This document shows positions 24,150-38,363 of a stretch of 64,000 nucleotides of DNA, one piece after another. The stretch is from Octopus sinensis (taxonomy: Eukaryota). The stretch covers positions 3,844,001-3,908,000 of the forward strand of contig NC_043003.1 in the NCBI RefSeq assembly GCF_006345805.1. Reading direction: 5' to 3'. How positions within the stretch are numbered: the first letter of the stretch is position 1; every line of letters begins with the position of its first letter. The notes under the pieces are model-generated. The model saw only the letters and a list, made by a program, of their open reading frames with translations, made no database searches and was not told the origin of the DNA. Position numbers and translations under genes: made by a program.

Positions 24150-24767
24150 AAAAGCAATAAAGATTCAAGTCAATTTTAATGAATTTACTTGAATATGGTA
24201 CCTAACTTAGATGCACCAAAAAACTATACGGTTTTAACAATACAGTAATGTGGGGTGATTATAAGCGAGAAAGAAGCAACAAGAATGGATAAGTTTTTAG
24301 TACAATCGTTTCATACAAAGACAGGCTTTATTAAAAGTCTTATCACAGATTTTTAAAAAAGTTTTAATAGCATCACAGAGAAGGTGACTTAATCCATAGT
24401 GTACATATGAATTTCCAGAGATATGAGGAGGGATTACATACTCACAGACGACAAATTTATCCATGGCTAATCACAACGAGGTGGGTATCAATTCCTGCTT
24501 ATTAGCATTACAGAGAGGGTGATAAGACTGTACATCATCTTTAAAGAACTTTAATGAACTTTGGAAATCTGTTTATGTTACTTAATTATCTACATTACTT
24601 CATGAGTATAGCCTCAACCACTAGGATGTCTAGAGAACTCACATGTATTTTAGCTGATGAGTACGGGACACGTTTATATGCTGCAATTTTTGCAACTTTT
24701 AATAAAGCCTGTCTTGTATGAAACGATTGTACTAAAAACTTATCCATTCTTGTTGCTTCTTTCTCGC
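24145..24767. mobile_element. Penelope-like element pLTR relic with inverted terminal segment
   Basis: 24265-24338 is the reverse complement of 24695-24767; flanked by (TA)n; same family at 56717-57023 and, more decayed, at about 70-260. Confidence 0.7.
24648..24737 (+). ncRNA. Type I hammerhead ribozyme, canonical core, long stem II
   Basis: TTTTAG-CTGATGA-GTACGGGACA...TGTCTTGTAT-GAAAC-GATT-GTA-CTAAAA: 6-bp stem I, 10-bp stem II (3 GU pairs), GUA site after 24731. Confidence 0.82.
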
Positions 24768-24797
24768 GTATATATATATATATATTATATATATATT

Positions 24798-24842
<45 letters not shown>

Positions 24843-24918
24843 GCAGCGTGGAAGGTGTTTATAAGCCATTTAAGAAACACACCAAAGCCGTTCGATTCAC
24901 TTCAACATTCAAGTTTAA

Positions 24919-24968
24919 TTTGTCAAAATATTTTCGTCGATAAAATCCGCGACCTGTTCACTGACAAA
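24919..24968 (-). ncRNA. Hammerhead-like motif with G3:C8 swapped core
   Basis: Reverse complement: TTTGTCA-GTGAACA-G-GTCG/CGGATTTTAT/CGAC-GAAAATATTT-TGACAAA. Confidence 0.6.
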
Positions 24969-26360
24969 AATCTGTGCTGCATCTGAGAAAGTAACATTTA
25001 GTTCGTCATATATATGTACGTATGTATGTGTGTGTGTATGCATGTATGTATGTATGTATGTATGTACGTATTTACGCCTGTGTATGCATGTATATATGTA
25101 TGTATGTATATATGTATGTGTGTGTATATGCACGCACATACACACTATAAACATAAAGCTATAAACTTGTAGTGATGGATAGATGTAGACTGACCACTCA
25201 TCACAATAATATCAAATTTCAACCTCCCCCGCCGAAACTAGAAAGTGATTTACGACCCTCACCCCCAAAACAAAACCCTAAAACCTATTATCAGACATTT
25301 ATCTCTATATCACAGAACTTTTGTTTTACTATTACTTGTTTTTTTTTTGTTTGTTTTTTCCCCTCCCTACATCTAGTTAGTTCAGGTCAAATATACGTAT
25401 GCATGTGTGTATGTATGTATGTATGTATGTACGTATGTATGTATGTATGTACGTATGTATGTATGTATGTACGTATGTATGTATGTATGTGTGTATGTAC
25501 ATACGTACGCATGTGCGTATGCATGTATACGCGCATGTGCCCATGTATGCATGTGCCCATGTATGTGTGTGCGTACATGTACGTGCGTGTGTACGTGTGT
25601 ATGCCCATACGTAAGTATGTATGTATGTTTGTACTCATGTGCTACGTATGTATGTGAGTGTCTAGGAGAATGGGCAGACGTGTCTGTGGGAGTGTATACA
25701 TGTGTATGTGTATGTGAACGTATGTCCGTGTACTGGCATGTGTCCGTCCAAGTTGTGTACATGACTGTTACTTTGTTGAAGGTTGTATACATACTCACAT
25801 ATATGTTTGTATAGACGCACACACACACATATATATATGTGTGTGTGGGTGTGTGTTTGTTCCTCTCATCACCTTCTTACTGTGAATGGATACAACGTTT
25901 AGGTGCAACTCTGCACATACAACCATATCCATAAACTCAAGTGCACACAATCATCTGGGCACACTCATAAATATACATATATTCTTAAAATTCTCGTATA
26001 TTCTAATCCACATCTACATACATATGTCCTATTACACACATACACATACACACACACAATACGCATACACTCACGCACACACACGCATAAACATACATAC
26101 GCACACTTACACACACATACATACAAAATCTGACACAGTATTTCATATTTATATATGCATAAACGCATACATATATACAATACATACATACATCCATACA
26201 TGCTCATATGTGTATCCATGTGCATTTTTTTATAGCATCACACACGCACATACGCATCAAACAACGTACGCTCATACGGTTATATATAACTGCACATACG
26301 CATTGCAACATGTATGTAAGGATTACAAGTAAACGGGAGAGAGAGAGAGAGAGGGGGTGG

Positions 26361-26690
26361 TTATAGAATGGTCCTCCTGAATGGGATCTGGATGTTACTC
26401 CATTCGGACTTTCGGTTGAGAGTAGGTTTGTATTCTTGTATACAAACAGCTTGTGTGACCTGTCTCAACATCGCATCGGTGGGATGTGTTGATAGGATGT
26501 TCAACTTAAGTTTCCCTAAGGAACAGGTCGTGAACAGGTCGCGGATTTTAGCGACGAAAATATTTTGACAAATTAAACTTGAATGTTGAAGTGAATCGAA
26601 CGGCTTTTGTGTGTTTCTTAAATGGCTTCCACGCTGCAATTGCTTTCGTTTCAGCACACGATCTCAGATCAAATCACTAGGTATGCGAGT
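26361..26690. mobile_element. Penelope-like element fragment: GIY-YIG C-terminus (- strand) joined to an inverted pLTR segment
   Basis: Minus strand LNILSTHPTDAMLRQVTQAVCIQEYKPTLNRKSEW resembles the PLE GIY-YIG end motif (R...EA..I....P.LN); abuts a G3:C8 hammerhead-like copy at 26530-26572. Confidence 0.7.
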
Positions 26691-26700
26691 ACATCTCCGT

Positions 26701-26757
<57 letters not shown>

Positions 26758-27417
26758 TATAATAATATAATATATATACATATGTATATGTGTTTGTGTG
26801 TCTGTATGTATATATGTGTATAAATGTATGTATATACTCGTGTGTGTTTCAGAGTAATAGATATTCATATATTCATGATATGCATTTGAAGTTCTAAAAA
26901 CGTTAAAGCGACACAATAACCACTCTAATTGCTGACCCTCTTGTTTTTTGAGAGGAAGATGACAAACCAACTTGTTTCTTTTGCATGTGAATGTTATTTA
27001 AATTTGGTGTTAAATACGTGGCAAGATGTGAGGATATCTCAGGATTTAGTAAACTATATTCTTTTGATTTTGGTTTGCATGCAGCGAATGCATTATCAAC
27101 TGGTTACACAAGAGTGCTGAGAACCGTCTATGTAAAGAAGTATCGACATATGTACACGTATATAGGTGCATACATGTCTGTGCGCGCGCTTGTGTGTGTG
27201 TGTGTACAAATACAGATATATAATTAACAGCGATAATTAACAGCAATCTTTATCACCAACGTAATGTGGATGTTTATGTTAGGACACTGAATACGGAGTT
27301 ATTCCTTGAGAGGATCTCTTGTGTGAACTCGAGGTGCACAAAAGCACACGTATTTATATCGTCTGACTCTATCTATCTATCTATCTTCTATCTATCTATC
27401 TATCTATCTATCTATTA

Positions 27418-27462
<45 letters not shown>

Positions 27463-28630
27463 CAATAAATATAAGGGTAGAAATATATATATAATAATAT
27501 ATTATATATATATCAATTAAATAATAAGGGTAGAAATATATATATATATATATATAGATATATATATATATAATATATTCTATATATATATATATATATA
27601 GATATAATATATATAAATTAAATAAGGGTAGAAATTGATGTTAATCAATTAAAACCAGTGGCTTAGCATATTTAAAAAATCCGAAGATTAAAAATTGTGT
27701 TTCATACAAAAGTTAGAGGACTGACCACTAAAGTGGAAACCCTATATGCTAAACATAGACGTTAAATCGCCATTACCACGAAGAATGTGTTCTCAAGAAA
27801 AATCTCAGCAAGAACCAAAATGTAAAAATAAGCAAGACAACTGAAAATATACGAAATAAAAAACGATTATCTTGTTAATATTTACGTATATGAACACGCA
27901 AATATATTAATAGGTGTCTCACTTCATACTGTGTTGAAGTTGTCGTGTTGCATATATATCTAATATAGACGACGAGAAAGTGTTGTAACTTCGACTTCTG
28001 GATTCGAACACCGCATCTTCTGTAAGCTTTATGGCTGTATTAACCACTACACCAAACTGTGTCTTTCAGTATCTTTTGGAATACTTCTGACCGCATATAA
28101 TTATTCTTTCTTCACTATGTAAGGCGGCGAACTGGCAGAATCGTTAGCACGTCTGTCTTTACGTTCTGAGTTCAAACTCCGCCGAGGTCGACTTTGCCTT
28201 TCATCTTTTCGGGGGCCGATAAATTAAGTACCAGTTGCGTACTGGGGTCGATCTAATCGACTGGCCCCGTCCTTGAAATTTTCGGGCCTTGTGTCTAGAG
28301 TAGAGAAGTATATTCCTTCTTCACTATGTACAACATTGTTTTTCTTTTTTTCAATCCCGATATCGCAGTATTAATGGTGTCTTCTGCGTTTAGAAGTTCT
28401 TTGCTTCCTTCCTTTCTCGGTCGATATTACTTTAAATTATGGCGGTGAGATAGCAGGATCGAAAGCAGGCCGGACAAAATGCTTAGCGGAATTTCGTTCA
28501 CCTTTATGTCCTGAGGTGACTTTGTGGGACTTCGTCATAAACACTGACAGTACACACAACCATGCCTGCCCTTGTGTATTTACTTCTTTATAGAAAACAT
28601 TTAATCTACATCTGAGATGCAGCACGGATT

Positions 28631-28681
28631 TTTGTCAGTGAACAGGTCGCAGTCTCAAAGCGACGAAAATATTTTGACAAA
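28631..28681 (+). ncRNA. Hammerhead-like motif with G3:C8 swapped core (best copy)
   Basis: TTTGTCA-GTGAACA-G-GTCGC/AGTCTCAAA/GCGAC-GAAAATATTT-TGACAAA: 7-bp stem I, 5-bp stem II, palindromic AATATT stem III. Confidence 0.65.
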
Positions 28682-30975
28682 TTAAATTTAAATGTTGAAG
28701 TGAATCTAACGGATTTTGTGCGTTTCTTAAATGGCTTATAAACACCTTCCACGCTGCAATTATTTAATCTACAAACCTTTCGTTAATCTGCAAAGCTGTC
28801 TTTATTCACTCAGCTGGCAAAAATGAGTAGCACTTATGTTTCAAAGGGGCCAGCCTTGTCACACTCTGTGTCACGCTGAATCTCCCTGAGAACTACGTTA
28901 AGGGTATATGTGTCTGTGGAGTACTCAGCCACTTGCACATAATTTCTTGAGCAAGCTGTTCATAAGCAAGCTGATCGGATCAACTGGAACACTGGTCGTC
29001 GTAACCGACGAAGTACCAGTTATATCCGTCTGTATGCACGATTTCTTTCCTTCGCGAAGGGTTTCGTAATCCACCCTGAATTTTAAATTTACTCCTTCCA
29101 CTTTCTGGGATTTTAAGATCAGCGAGTCTCTAATTCAATTCATTATGAACGGAATTAATTACTGACATAATTAATGTGTTACACTAATTATTTTTAATTG
29201 TGGAATTTAGTACTCTCCCTAATGTCAGTCAACAATTTAGTACTCTCCTTAATGTCATTATCAACTACAATGTCAGCCTCACCCTCTCCCACGTATGAGT
29301 CAATCATCATCATCATCATCATCATCATCGTAGTCATCGTCGCCACCACCACCACCACCATCATCACCATCACCATCATCATCGCCGTCGTCGTCACTAC
29401 CACCACTACCACCACCACCACTATCATCGTCGTCGTCGTCGTCAGTAAAATCAGCTGAAAACTAAAAACAAAAAAAAAGCGAGCATTTCCGGACTATATG
29501 CAATCCTTGAATAGCTCGGGATTGATTGTAGCGAAAAATGTCGGGTGAGAGGAAAACATGGCGGACATGACTATCGACTGACTTTGTGGGGGGGGGGGAG
29601 AAAACAAACTGAATGCAGCCAAATAGGTTTCATCAATTATAACTCTCCTCAAACATACATACATACAAGTGGAGGCACATGGCCTAGTGGTTAGAGCAGC
29701 GGACACGCGGTCGAGGGATCGCAGGTTCGAATCTCAGACCGGGCGATGTGTGTGTGTTATGAGCGAAACACCTAAGCTCCACGCGACTCCGGCAGAAGAT
29801 AATGGCGAACTTCTGCTGACTCTTTCGCCATAACTTTCTCTCACTCTTTCCTCCTGCATCTTGCAGCTCACCTGCGATGGACCGGCATCCCGTCCAGGTG
29901 GGGAACCTATACACCAAAGAAACCGAGAAGGAACAAACAAACAACCATACATACATACATACACACACATACAAACAAAGCTACGACCAGCCTTTTTCCT
30001 GATAGGTCTTACTATATTTCGAACGATGCCTGTACATGATGAATTTTTTTTCTACAGCGTGGTAGGGATTTTTGCACAAACCCAACCCCATTCTCTGAAC
30101 ATGAACAACATAAACACGAAGAGAAGACCTAGTCTACATCATTAAACACTTCTAGTGTCGCAGGTCTTCTCTCAGAGTTACCCTCTCCTAGAGAGATGTT
30201 TTGACAACAACAGAGGGGCCTTCCCCTCACAGTGGGCCAACCGCGCGCCTGTACACCAGCCCAGGTATTTCCACGTCCCCGCCCATACATACATGCAAAC
30301 ATACACATGTACACTTATTGTTGGATGTCCAATGACTGTTCATGGAGTCTTCCACCCTTTGACAGGTCTTATTTTTCGTCCTGCAAGGTGTCCGGCAATC
30401 ACCCTCCTTACTAAGTAGGCTTGATGGGGTCGTCAGTCTAGTCGCCGATGACCCAACCATGCAACAGGTTGCACTGGGTTACATGTTACCAGCAGCGCCC
30501 AAGAGCGACATGACAAACATACATACATATACATAAAATATATTATATATATACTCTTACTCTTTACTCTTTTATTTGTTTCAGTCATTTGACTGCGGCC
30601 ATGCTGGAGCATCCTTAGTCGAAAAAATCGACCCCGGGACTTATTCTTTGTAAACCTAGTACTTATTCTATCGGTCTCTTTTGCCGAACTGCTAAGTGAC
30701 AGGGACGTAAACACACCAGCATCGGTTGTCAGACGATGTTGGGGGACACACAGACACACAAACATATACACACACATACATATATATATATACATATATA
30801 CGACGGGCTTCTTTCAGTTTCCGTCTACCAAATCCACTCACAAGGCTTTGGTCGGCCCGAGGCTATAGTAGAAGACACTTGCCCAAGGTGCCACGCAGTG
30901 GGACTGAACCCGGAACCATGTGGCTGGTTAGCAAGCTACTTACCACACAGCCACTTCTGCGCCTACATATATATA

Positions 30976-31029
<54 letters not shown>

Positions 31030-31147
31030 ATATATAAGCGCAGGCGTGGTTGTGTGGTAAGAAGCTTGTTTCGCGCCGACCAAAGCCTTGTGAGTAGATT
31101 TGGTAAGCGGAAACTGAAAGAATCCCGTCGATATATATATATATATT

Positions 31148-31178
<31 letters not shown>

Positions 31179-31692
31179 CACCTCTGTGTGTGCCTTTCTT
31201 TCTGTGTTTGAACCCCATCACCACTTTCCAACCTATGTTGGTGCGTTTACAACCCCCGTAACCTAGCGTTTTGACAAAAGAAACCGATAAGGTTTGCGAA
31301 AAATAAGTTCTGAGGTCGATTCGTTTGACTAAAGTCGGTGCTCTAGTATGGCCGCGGTCAGATGACTTAACAAGTAAAAGAATAAAAGAACATATATATG
31401 TGTGTGTGTGTGTTGTGGTATATATATTATATATATAAATACACACACAATCTTTACTCTTTACACTTTTACTTGTTTCAGTCATTGATGCCGGCCATGC
31501 TGGAGCACCGCCTTTAATCGAGCAAAACTCGACCTCGGGACTTATTCTTGTAAGCCCAGTACTTATTCTATCGGTCACTTTTTGCCGTACCGCCTAAAGT
31601 AACGGGGACATAAAACACACCAGCAATCGTGTCAAGAATGCTAGGGGGACAAACACAGACACACAAACACACACACGCAATATATAATATAT

Positions 31693-31743
<51 letters not shown>

Positions 31744-32095
31744 TATACATACATACATCTCTACTCTTTTTTCTTTTCCGTCTACCAAATCCACTCAGCA
31801 CCGCTTCGGTCAGCCCCGAGGCTATAGTAGAAGACACTTGCCCAAGTGCCACCCGGGGGGGGGAATAAAAAAACCATGTGGTTGGTAAACAAGCTACTTA
31901 CCACACAGCCACACCTATATAGATATATACCATAACCCATTTATTTTATTATATATAATATATACATGTATATATACACCTATATATATATATATAGGAA
32001 ATAATGTGTTTTTATTTATATTAATATCTACATATATATACACATATATATATATGAATATAGCAATAACATATATGTATACATATATATACATT

Positions 32096-32129
<34 letters not shown>

Positions 32130-32499
32130 CATATATATATGCTCACACACATATATGTATAGATATATATATATACTCACACACATATATACATATATAT
32201 ATATATATGTATATAAATATATATACACACACACAAACATATATATAGATGCGCGCGTGCGCCAATTTAGAAAAGTGAGAATGAGTACTCAGGTTTTATT
32301 AGTAGATGAGTATTTTATATTTGTGGGTTACCATGGAAACCAATGACAGTCTTATTGATTGATTGATTGATTCTAGTTTCAGCTCATGAGCTGTGGCCAT
32401 GCTGGGGCACCGCCATTATTGCGTATCGAAACGTATGAATGACATCAAAATCAATCATATACAACCATATGTGTGTTTGTGTGTGTGTGTGTGTGTGTA

Positions 32500-32726
32500 C
32501 AGTAATCCGTCACCATATCACGGTTCACTTATCGCGGTTATTCTTTATGCTTGCATCGATCCCTCCGCGGTGTTGTTTTGCATTTATAATAAAATAAATA
32601 TAAACAAATTATAAAAATAATTTTAAAAATATACAGTACAGTAGTTTTCTACTTCGCGGATTTTGACCATTCGCGGGTGGAGTGGGGTTGAAACGTAACA
32701 CCTGCAATAGTCGAGGGATTAATGCA
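32500..32726. mobile_element. pogo/Tigger-like MITE
   Basis: Ends CAGTAATCCGTCAC... and ...GTCGAGGGATTAATG with TA context; the right half recurs at about 42510-42660. Confidence 0.5.
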
Positions 32727-32727
32727 A

Positions 32728-32826
<99 letters not shown>

Positions 32827-33074
32827 TATATATATATGATATGTATGTATGTATGTAGATGTATGTATGTATGTATGTATGTATGTATGTATGTATGTAT
32901 GTGTAAGTATATATGTATATATGTATCTATATATATATATATCTATATATATATATATATATATATATATGTTATGTATATATATATATATATATTATGT
33001 TTTATGTTTTCCAGTTTCAGCTCTTGATGTGTGCCATGCTGGGGCACCGCCATTGTATATATACTATATATATA

Positions 33075-33107
<33 letters not shown>

Positions 33108-33339
33108 GATATTATATATATATATCTATATATATATATATAATGAAAAGAATGGTTCGACTCCATTCTTTCATTTATTCATTATACAACACACAAATTT
33201 CTACACATGAACCCGGAGTTTCTACCTTTGACAGGTCGCTTCAACCGTGTTTTCTGACGTGAATTTGCTACCAGGTTTCGGTTAAACGAATTTTCCATGC
33301 TGACGATAAACATAGGATAATTCATTCACCTACTTAAAT

Positions 33340-33420
<81 letters not shown>

Positions 33421-33478
33421 CACACATATACATACATATATATTATAGACAGACATGTAACGTATGTCTGTATGTATA

Positions 33479-33509
<31 letters not shown>

Positions 33510-33994
33510 CTTCTCTCTCTCACATACACACACACACACACCACACACACACAATGCTGAATATACAGGCACACACATGAATATACACCAGCATCAGGCC
33601 ATGTGACTTTAAGTGGTCCTTGTTCTACTTTTGACAAAATAAATGTGTTTGATTGTTTTTCCCATGACTTAATTATACGAGGAAAGATGTTACCCTTGAC
33701 CCATTTCAGGATCATTTCAAGACTAGGAGGGGGAGAAGGAGGAAAGAGGTCGAATCTCTCTCTCGTTCCACTTGTGTACAGCAAACTCTATTCCGTCAAA
33801 AGTCCGCAAGGACCAGGTAAAAGTGTTAAACCAAACGACAAATTGTGTCTACATACAGAGTCTTCTAAAAACTTCTGAGCGAGTTACTCTGCTTGTTTAA
33901 ACTTCAACTGCTGTTTCCGTCCGATATGGCAGCGAGGCGAAAGATCGTGAGCGCCAGATGCATTTCGGAACGATACTGCTACACTATATACTTC

Positions 33995-34370
33995 GATATA
34001 TCATCATGGCTCGGCTTCGCGAACGAAGATCAAGAAGGCTGTCCACGTCGCGTGCATGCACGCTCATGACTAACAAGTCCGATATGGGAAAGGCAGGTCC
34101 GTGAGGAGTGTCCACAGACGAAGGTAGCATCCGGTGTGGTGTAGAGGCGGCTCGTGCCTTCCTCCTGCGTCTCTTGTCTTTAAGTGCGTCTCTTCTTTGT
34201 TCCTCAAACTTGCTGACTGCGTTGAAGATCGTGTGTCGCCAGACATCACTGTCCGCAGCCAGGTCTGACCAGCATGGTGGTTAATATGACATGCTGTTAG
34301 AGACTTCTTGAGACCGTCTTTGCAGCGCTTCCTCGGAGCTCCTCTCACTCGGTATACCTTTGTTTATACA
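33995..34370 (-). mobile_element. RTE-BovB-like LINE 3' end
   Basis: RGAPRKRCKDGLKKSL...WSDLAADSDVWRHTIFNAVSKFEEQRRDALKDKRRRRKAR across a frameshift, then a decayed terminal Cys/His motif. Confidence 0.82.
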
Positions 34371-34559
34371 GCTATAAGAGATTTTATCTCGGACGAAAAC
34401 ATCAGTATATTGCCTGTCAATGGTGCATATATGTTTGGTATGACACGTGGATGACTATCTTAATTTATTTTTATTTGCAAGATTCTTGATATGTATTTGT
34501 GTGTTGAAACAAATTTTGTGCCTAGGGTGGGTTATAAGATAGATCGTGGCATGGTATGC

Positions 34560-35950
34560 CATAAGCAGCAAGGTCTTTGCATTGCTGGTAAACTGGGAAA
34601 GTGACAGCATTACTTCCTTAAAGGCAGAAGTCAAGCAGTTGCAGCTATTTGTGCCCTTTCTGAGGAAACTTAAATTCTAAGTGGTGTATCCCCTGGGAAC
34701 TGTTTTGAGGGCCATTACTGTTTATAATAGCCCTCTTAGACATGCCCATAGCCACTCACACTGCCACTGTCACTAGCTGCGCCGATGATACAAAATTATC
34801 ACGGGCAATAAAGATCCAGGTGACGTCGCAAGACAGCTGAAGTAAGCAACATGTCGTTTAAAGCTGGTAAATTTCAAGCACTGCTCTATCAACTCACGAA
34901 TGCACGGCAGCCTGCATATACAGGGGCTGAAGCGGCTGCAATACCAGTGTCACAGGCAGCGAAAGACTTGAGGATCAGTGTGTGCAATGATGCATCATTT
35001 CATATGCGCATTACCAAAATGGCAGTAGAGTGCAGACAAGTGGCAGGACGGATACTAAGACAAGAGACCAAGAATTTATGTTGGCCTGTGGAAGACCTTT
35101 GTTCTCAGCTGCCTGGACTACTACTCTCAGCTATGGTCACTACATTGTGCCAAACTAATAACAGGGCTTGAAGCTGTCCAATGTCTCTACACTAGAACAA
35201 ATAATATCAGTGCAGCAGATGAGCTACAGGCAGAAGCAGAAAAAACTACGACTTCACTCCCTGGAGCAGAAACGCAATAATGGAAAATTCGGGAAGGCTA
35301 GTACCTAATTTCGGCATTGAGTGATATACAAATACCAGAACTGAAGGCCGTCTACTCTATCTAAATTCAGGAGCAGATATTCTTTTCTACACTAGGTACA
35401 AGGCCTGAAATTTTGGGGGAGGAAGGCCGTCGATTAGATCGACTCCAGTACGCAACTGGTACTTAATATATTGAACTCAGAACGTAGCGGCAGACGAAAT
35501 ACCTATTTCTTTACTATTCACAAGTGGCTAAACACAGAGAGGACAAACAAGGACAGGCAAACGGATTAAGTCGATTATATCGACCCCAGTGCGTAACTGG
35601 TACTTATTTAATCGACCCTGAAAGGATGAAAGGCAAAGTCGATCTCGGCGGAATTTGAACTCAGAACGTAACGGCAGACGAAATACTACAAAGCATTTCG
35701 CCCGGCGTGCTAACGATTCCGCCAGCTCGCCACCTTTTCAGGGCCAGATAATGCAATAGCTTAGGGTTCAAAGACCCACAGCTCTTCAATACTCTGCCAC
35801 AAAAATTCAGAAACCTACATTGTGTGGATATCGATGTCTTCAAACAGGAACTAGACATCATCCTTTCCACAATACCAGATGAACCGACGACCCGGCCATG
35901 AGGTACAGATGAGGGCAGAGGAATCAAGCTCGCTCATACACCAGGTGGGA
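34560..35950 (+). mobile_element. CR1-clade LINE RT and 3' end, decayed, split by a SINE
   Basis: SGVSPG..LGPLLFII...ADDTK, NMSFKAGKFQAL, KDL(G)I, LDY.SQLW, then after the SINE SLGFKDPQLFNTLPQKFRN...FKQELD...IPDEP. Confidence 0.85.
35381..35735 (-). mobile_element. Dimeric family-A SINE inserted in the CR1, with about 14-bp TSD
   Basis: Flanks TTCAGGAGCAGATA (about 35366) and TTCAGGGCCAGATA (35737-35750); same two-body layout as 2799-3202. Confidence 0.85.
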
Positions 35951-36109
35951 TGACAGCCGGGACAAAGGTAGATACAGGTGTGGTGATGTGAAACCTCACC
36001 ACTCCAAGGAAACCTGCAGAAAGCGAATCATAAGTAACAGTGCAAAATCACGGTGGTGCTGCAGCATGACCGCAGCCGCACGGCTGAAAGAAACAAAAGA
36101 ATAAAAGAA

Positions 36110-36148
<39 letters not shown>

Positions 36149-36163
36149 ATCATGTGTGTGTGT

Positions 36164-36222
<59 letters not shown>

Positions 36223-36224
36223 TA

Positions 36225-36605
36225 TTATACCTTCACCTTAGCGAAGGCGGAGGTATTGTTTTCAGTTGTATTTGTTTATTTGTCTGTCCGTGGACAAGAT
36301 ATCTCAAGAACCGTTCGATGTATTGGGAAGAAACTTTCAGGGATGTTTGGCCTCGTGACTGGCACGAATTGATTAGATTCTGTGATCGATCCAGTACCAG
36401 ACAAGGATTCTGGATTATTTTTCCTGTTTTTGTTTTTTTAACTTAATTTTTGAAAGCGGTCGGGTTCATTTTTAGTATTCTCCTTTGTGAGAGCAGTCGA
36501 GTTTATTTCAGATATTCTCACCTTAAAAATCATCTCCATCTAATCATTGAGGAGGCGTTAGTGTTGCCTTGGCAGAGGTTTGCACTCCCTGAGTGCTCTT
36601 GTTGT
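36225..36605 (+). mobile_element. Helentron-associated-like non-autonomous element (HINE-type)
   Basis: 5' ACCTTCACCTTAGCGAAGGCGGAGGT hairpin, TTTGTCTGTC tract, 3' GCACTCCCTGAGTGC hairpin; a second copy lies on the - strand at about 59325-59765. Confidence 0.55.
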
Positions 36606-36689
36606 TGTTATTATTATTTTGGTTTGGCTCAGGTTTGGTCTTATTCCTGGTAGGATTTATGGGGGTAGCGGGTTACTACCTGTAACCTT

Positions 36690-37490
36690 AGGAATCCACA
36701 CGTTTTCAGTAGTCTTTCAAGTGCTTGGAACCATCACTATAATTCTTGCTGTCCTTAAGAGACAAAACTTTCTGCAGGAACATTCTATTCCAAACTTCTT
36801 CAGCCATTTCTCTATATCTTGGCTTACTGTTCCCAACACAACAATTATTATAGGCACGACCTTAACAGTTCTCATACACCAAATTCTTCCAATTACAAAT
36901 TTTAAGGGGTTGTATTTTTTGTCTTGTTTTTCGTCCCCTTCTTTTACGATCCTAGAATCAAACAGACATGATGGGTCGATAAGTATGCAACTTCGCTTTT
37001 CCTTATCTGTAACCGTTATGTCCGGTCTATTATTTTCTAACATTTTGTTCCTTGGAATAGGAAAGTCTCACAGACTCTTACATTTCTCCGACTCCAGGAC
37101 TCTTTCGACTCGATGACTGTACCATGTGTTTCTAGTTTCAAATCCCCGTTTCTGGCACAGCTTCCAATGTAAAACTTTTACAACCTGGTCGCGCCGCCAT
37201 TTCTTATATTCTTCCTGTGCCAACTTGGGGCATTCTTCCATAATGTTTGACATTGTCCCGTTCCACACTCCACAGGCTCTCCCTTTTTCTGACACATTCT
37301 CTTCATATATATCGTTTCTCAAGTTGTTCGTTTTTATCGCTTGATCTTCGGCTGCTACAATTAGGCACCAAATTAATAAAGACATTCGAGTGTGTTTATC
37401 AATTGTATGGATGAATAACCTCTCCATTTCTATAAACAGAATTTCATACTCGTTACCAACATCACTGGGGTATCCCTTGGTCATTCATTG
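36690..37490 (-). mobile_element. R4/Dong/Hero-like LINE 3' region (zinc knuckle + REL endonuclease), decayed
   Basis: LIVAAEDQAIKTN...ECPKLAQEEYKKWRRDQVVKVLHWKLC...ENNRPDITVTDKEKRSCILIDPSC.FD...KY..LKF.I.RIW..VKVVPIII..LG; same family as 1748-2290. Confidence 0.88.
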
Positions 37491-38050
37491 TATACCGCTT
37501 AAATCGAGATAAATATTAACTTGTATCTCTCAATACGTATCATTCACCGTGTGTAGAAAACGCAAAAGACCTTTGACGAACTACACCGGAGACCCGAACC
37601 CTAGCATTGATACTCTCTACAGGCTATCGGTTGTTTCATCAGCCGTTCATTCAAAAAAATACACAGCTACTATGTCAGTGGTTATGCCTGTATTTATGAC
37701 TGCACGACTGCTATAAGTCTACCAGTCGGACCCAGTGGACAGCATCACAAAATCTGTTGCTCCTCTCTAAGCTCTGTCGTATCACTAATCTGTAATAGGC
37801 AGTAAAAACTTAATTCTGTGTGCGAGCGTATGTGCGCCAGACACGTGAGTGTGTTTGCTTGTATGTGCGTTTTTATATATATGTACATACAGGAATGGCT
37901 GTGTAGTACGTAGCTTGCTTACCAACCACATGGTTCCGAGTTCAATCCCACTGCGTGGCACCTTGGGCAAGTGTCTTCTACTATAGCCTTGGGCTGACCA
38001 AAGCCGTGTGAGTGGATTTGGTAGACGGAAACTGAAAGAAGCCCGTGATG

Positions 38051-38094
<44 letters not shown>

Positions 38095-38321
38095 GTGTGT
38101 GTGTGTGTGTGTGAGTTTGACTCTTCAACATCGCTTGACAACCGATGGTGGTGTGTTTACGTCCCCATAAGTACTGGGCTTACAGAATAAGTACTGGGCT
38201 TACAAGGAATAAGTCCTGATGTCGATTTGCTCGACTAAAGCGGTGCTCCAGCATGGCCACAGTCAAATGACTAAACAATGAAACAAGTATAAATATATAT
38301 ATATATATCTATATATATATA

Positions 38322-38359
<38 letters not shown>

Positions 38360-38363
<4 letters not shown>

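Noticed and set aside
26953-26986. Short splice-bounded frame EDDKPTCFFC, BIR-like
   Set aside because: Only about 11 codons, no compatible neighbouring exons found, and the similarity is too short to be significant.
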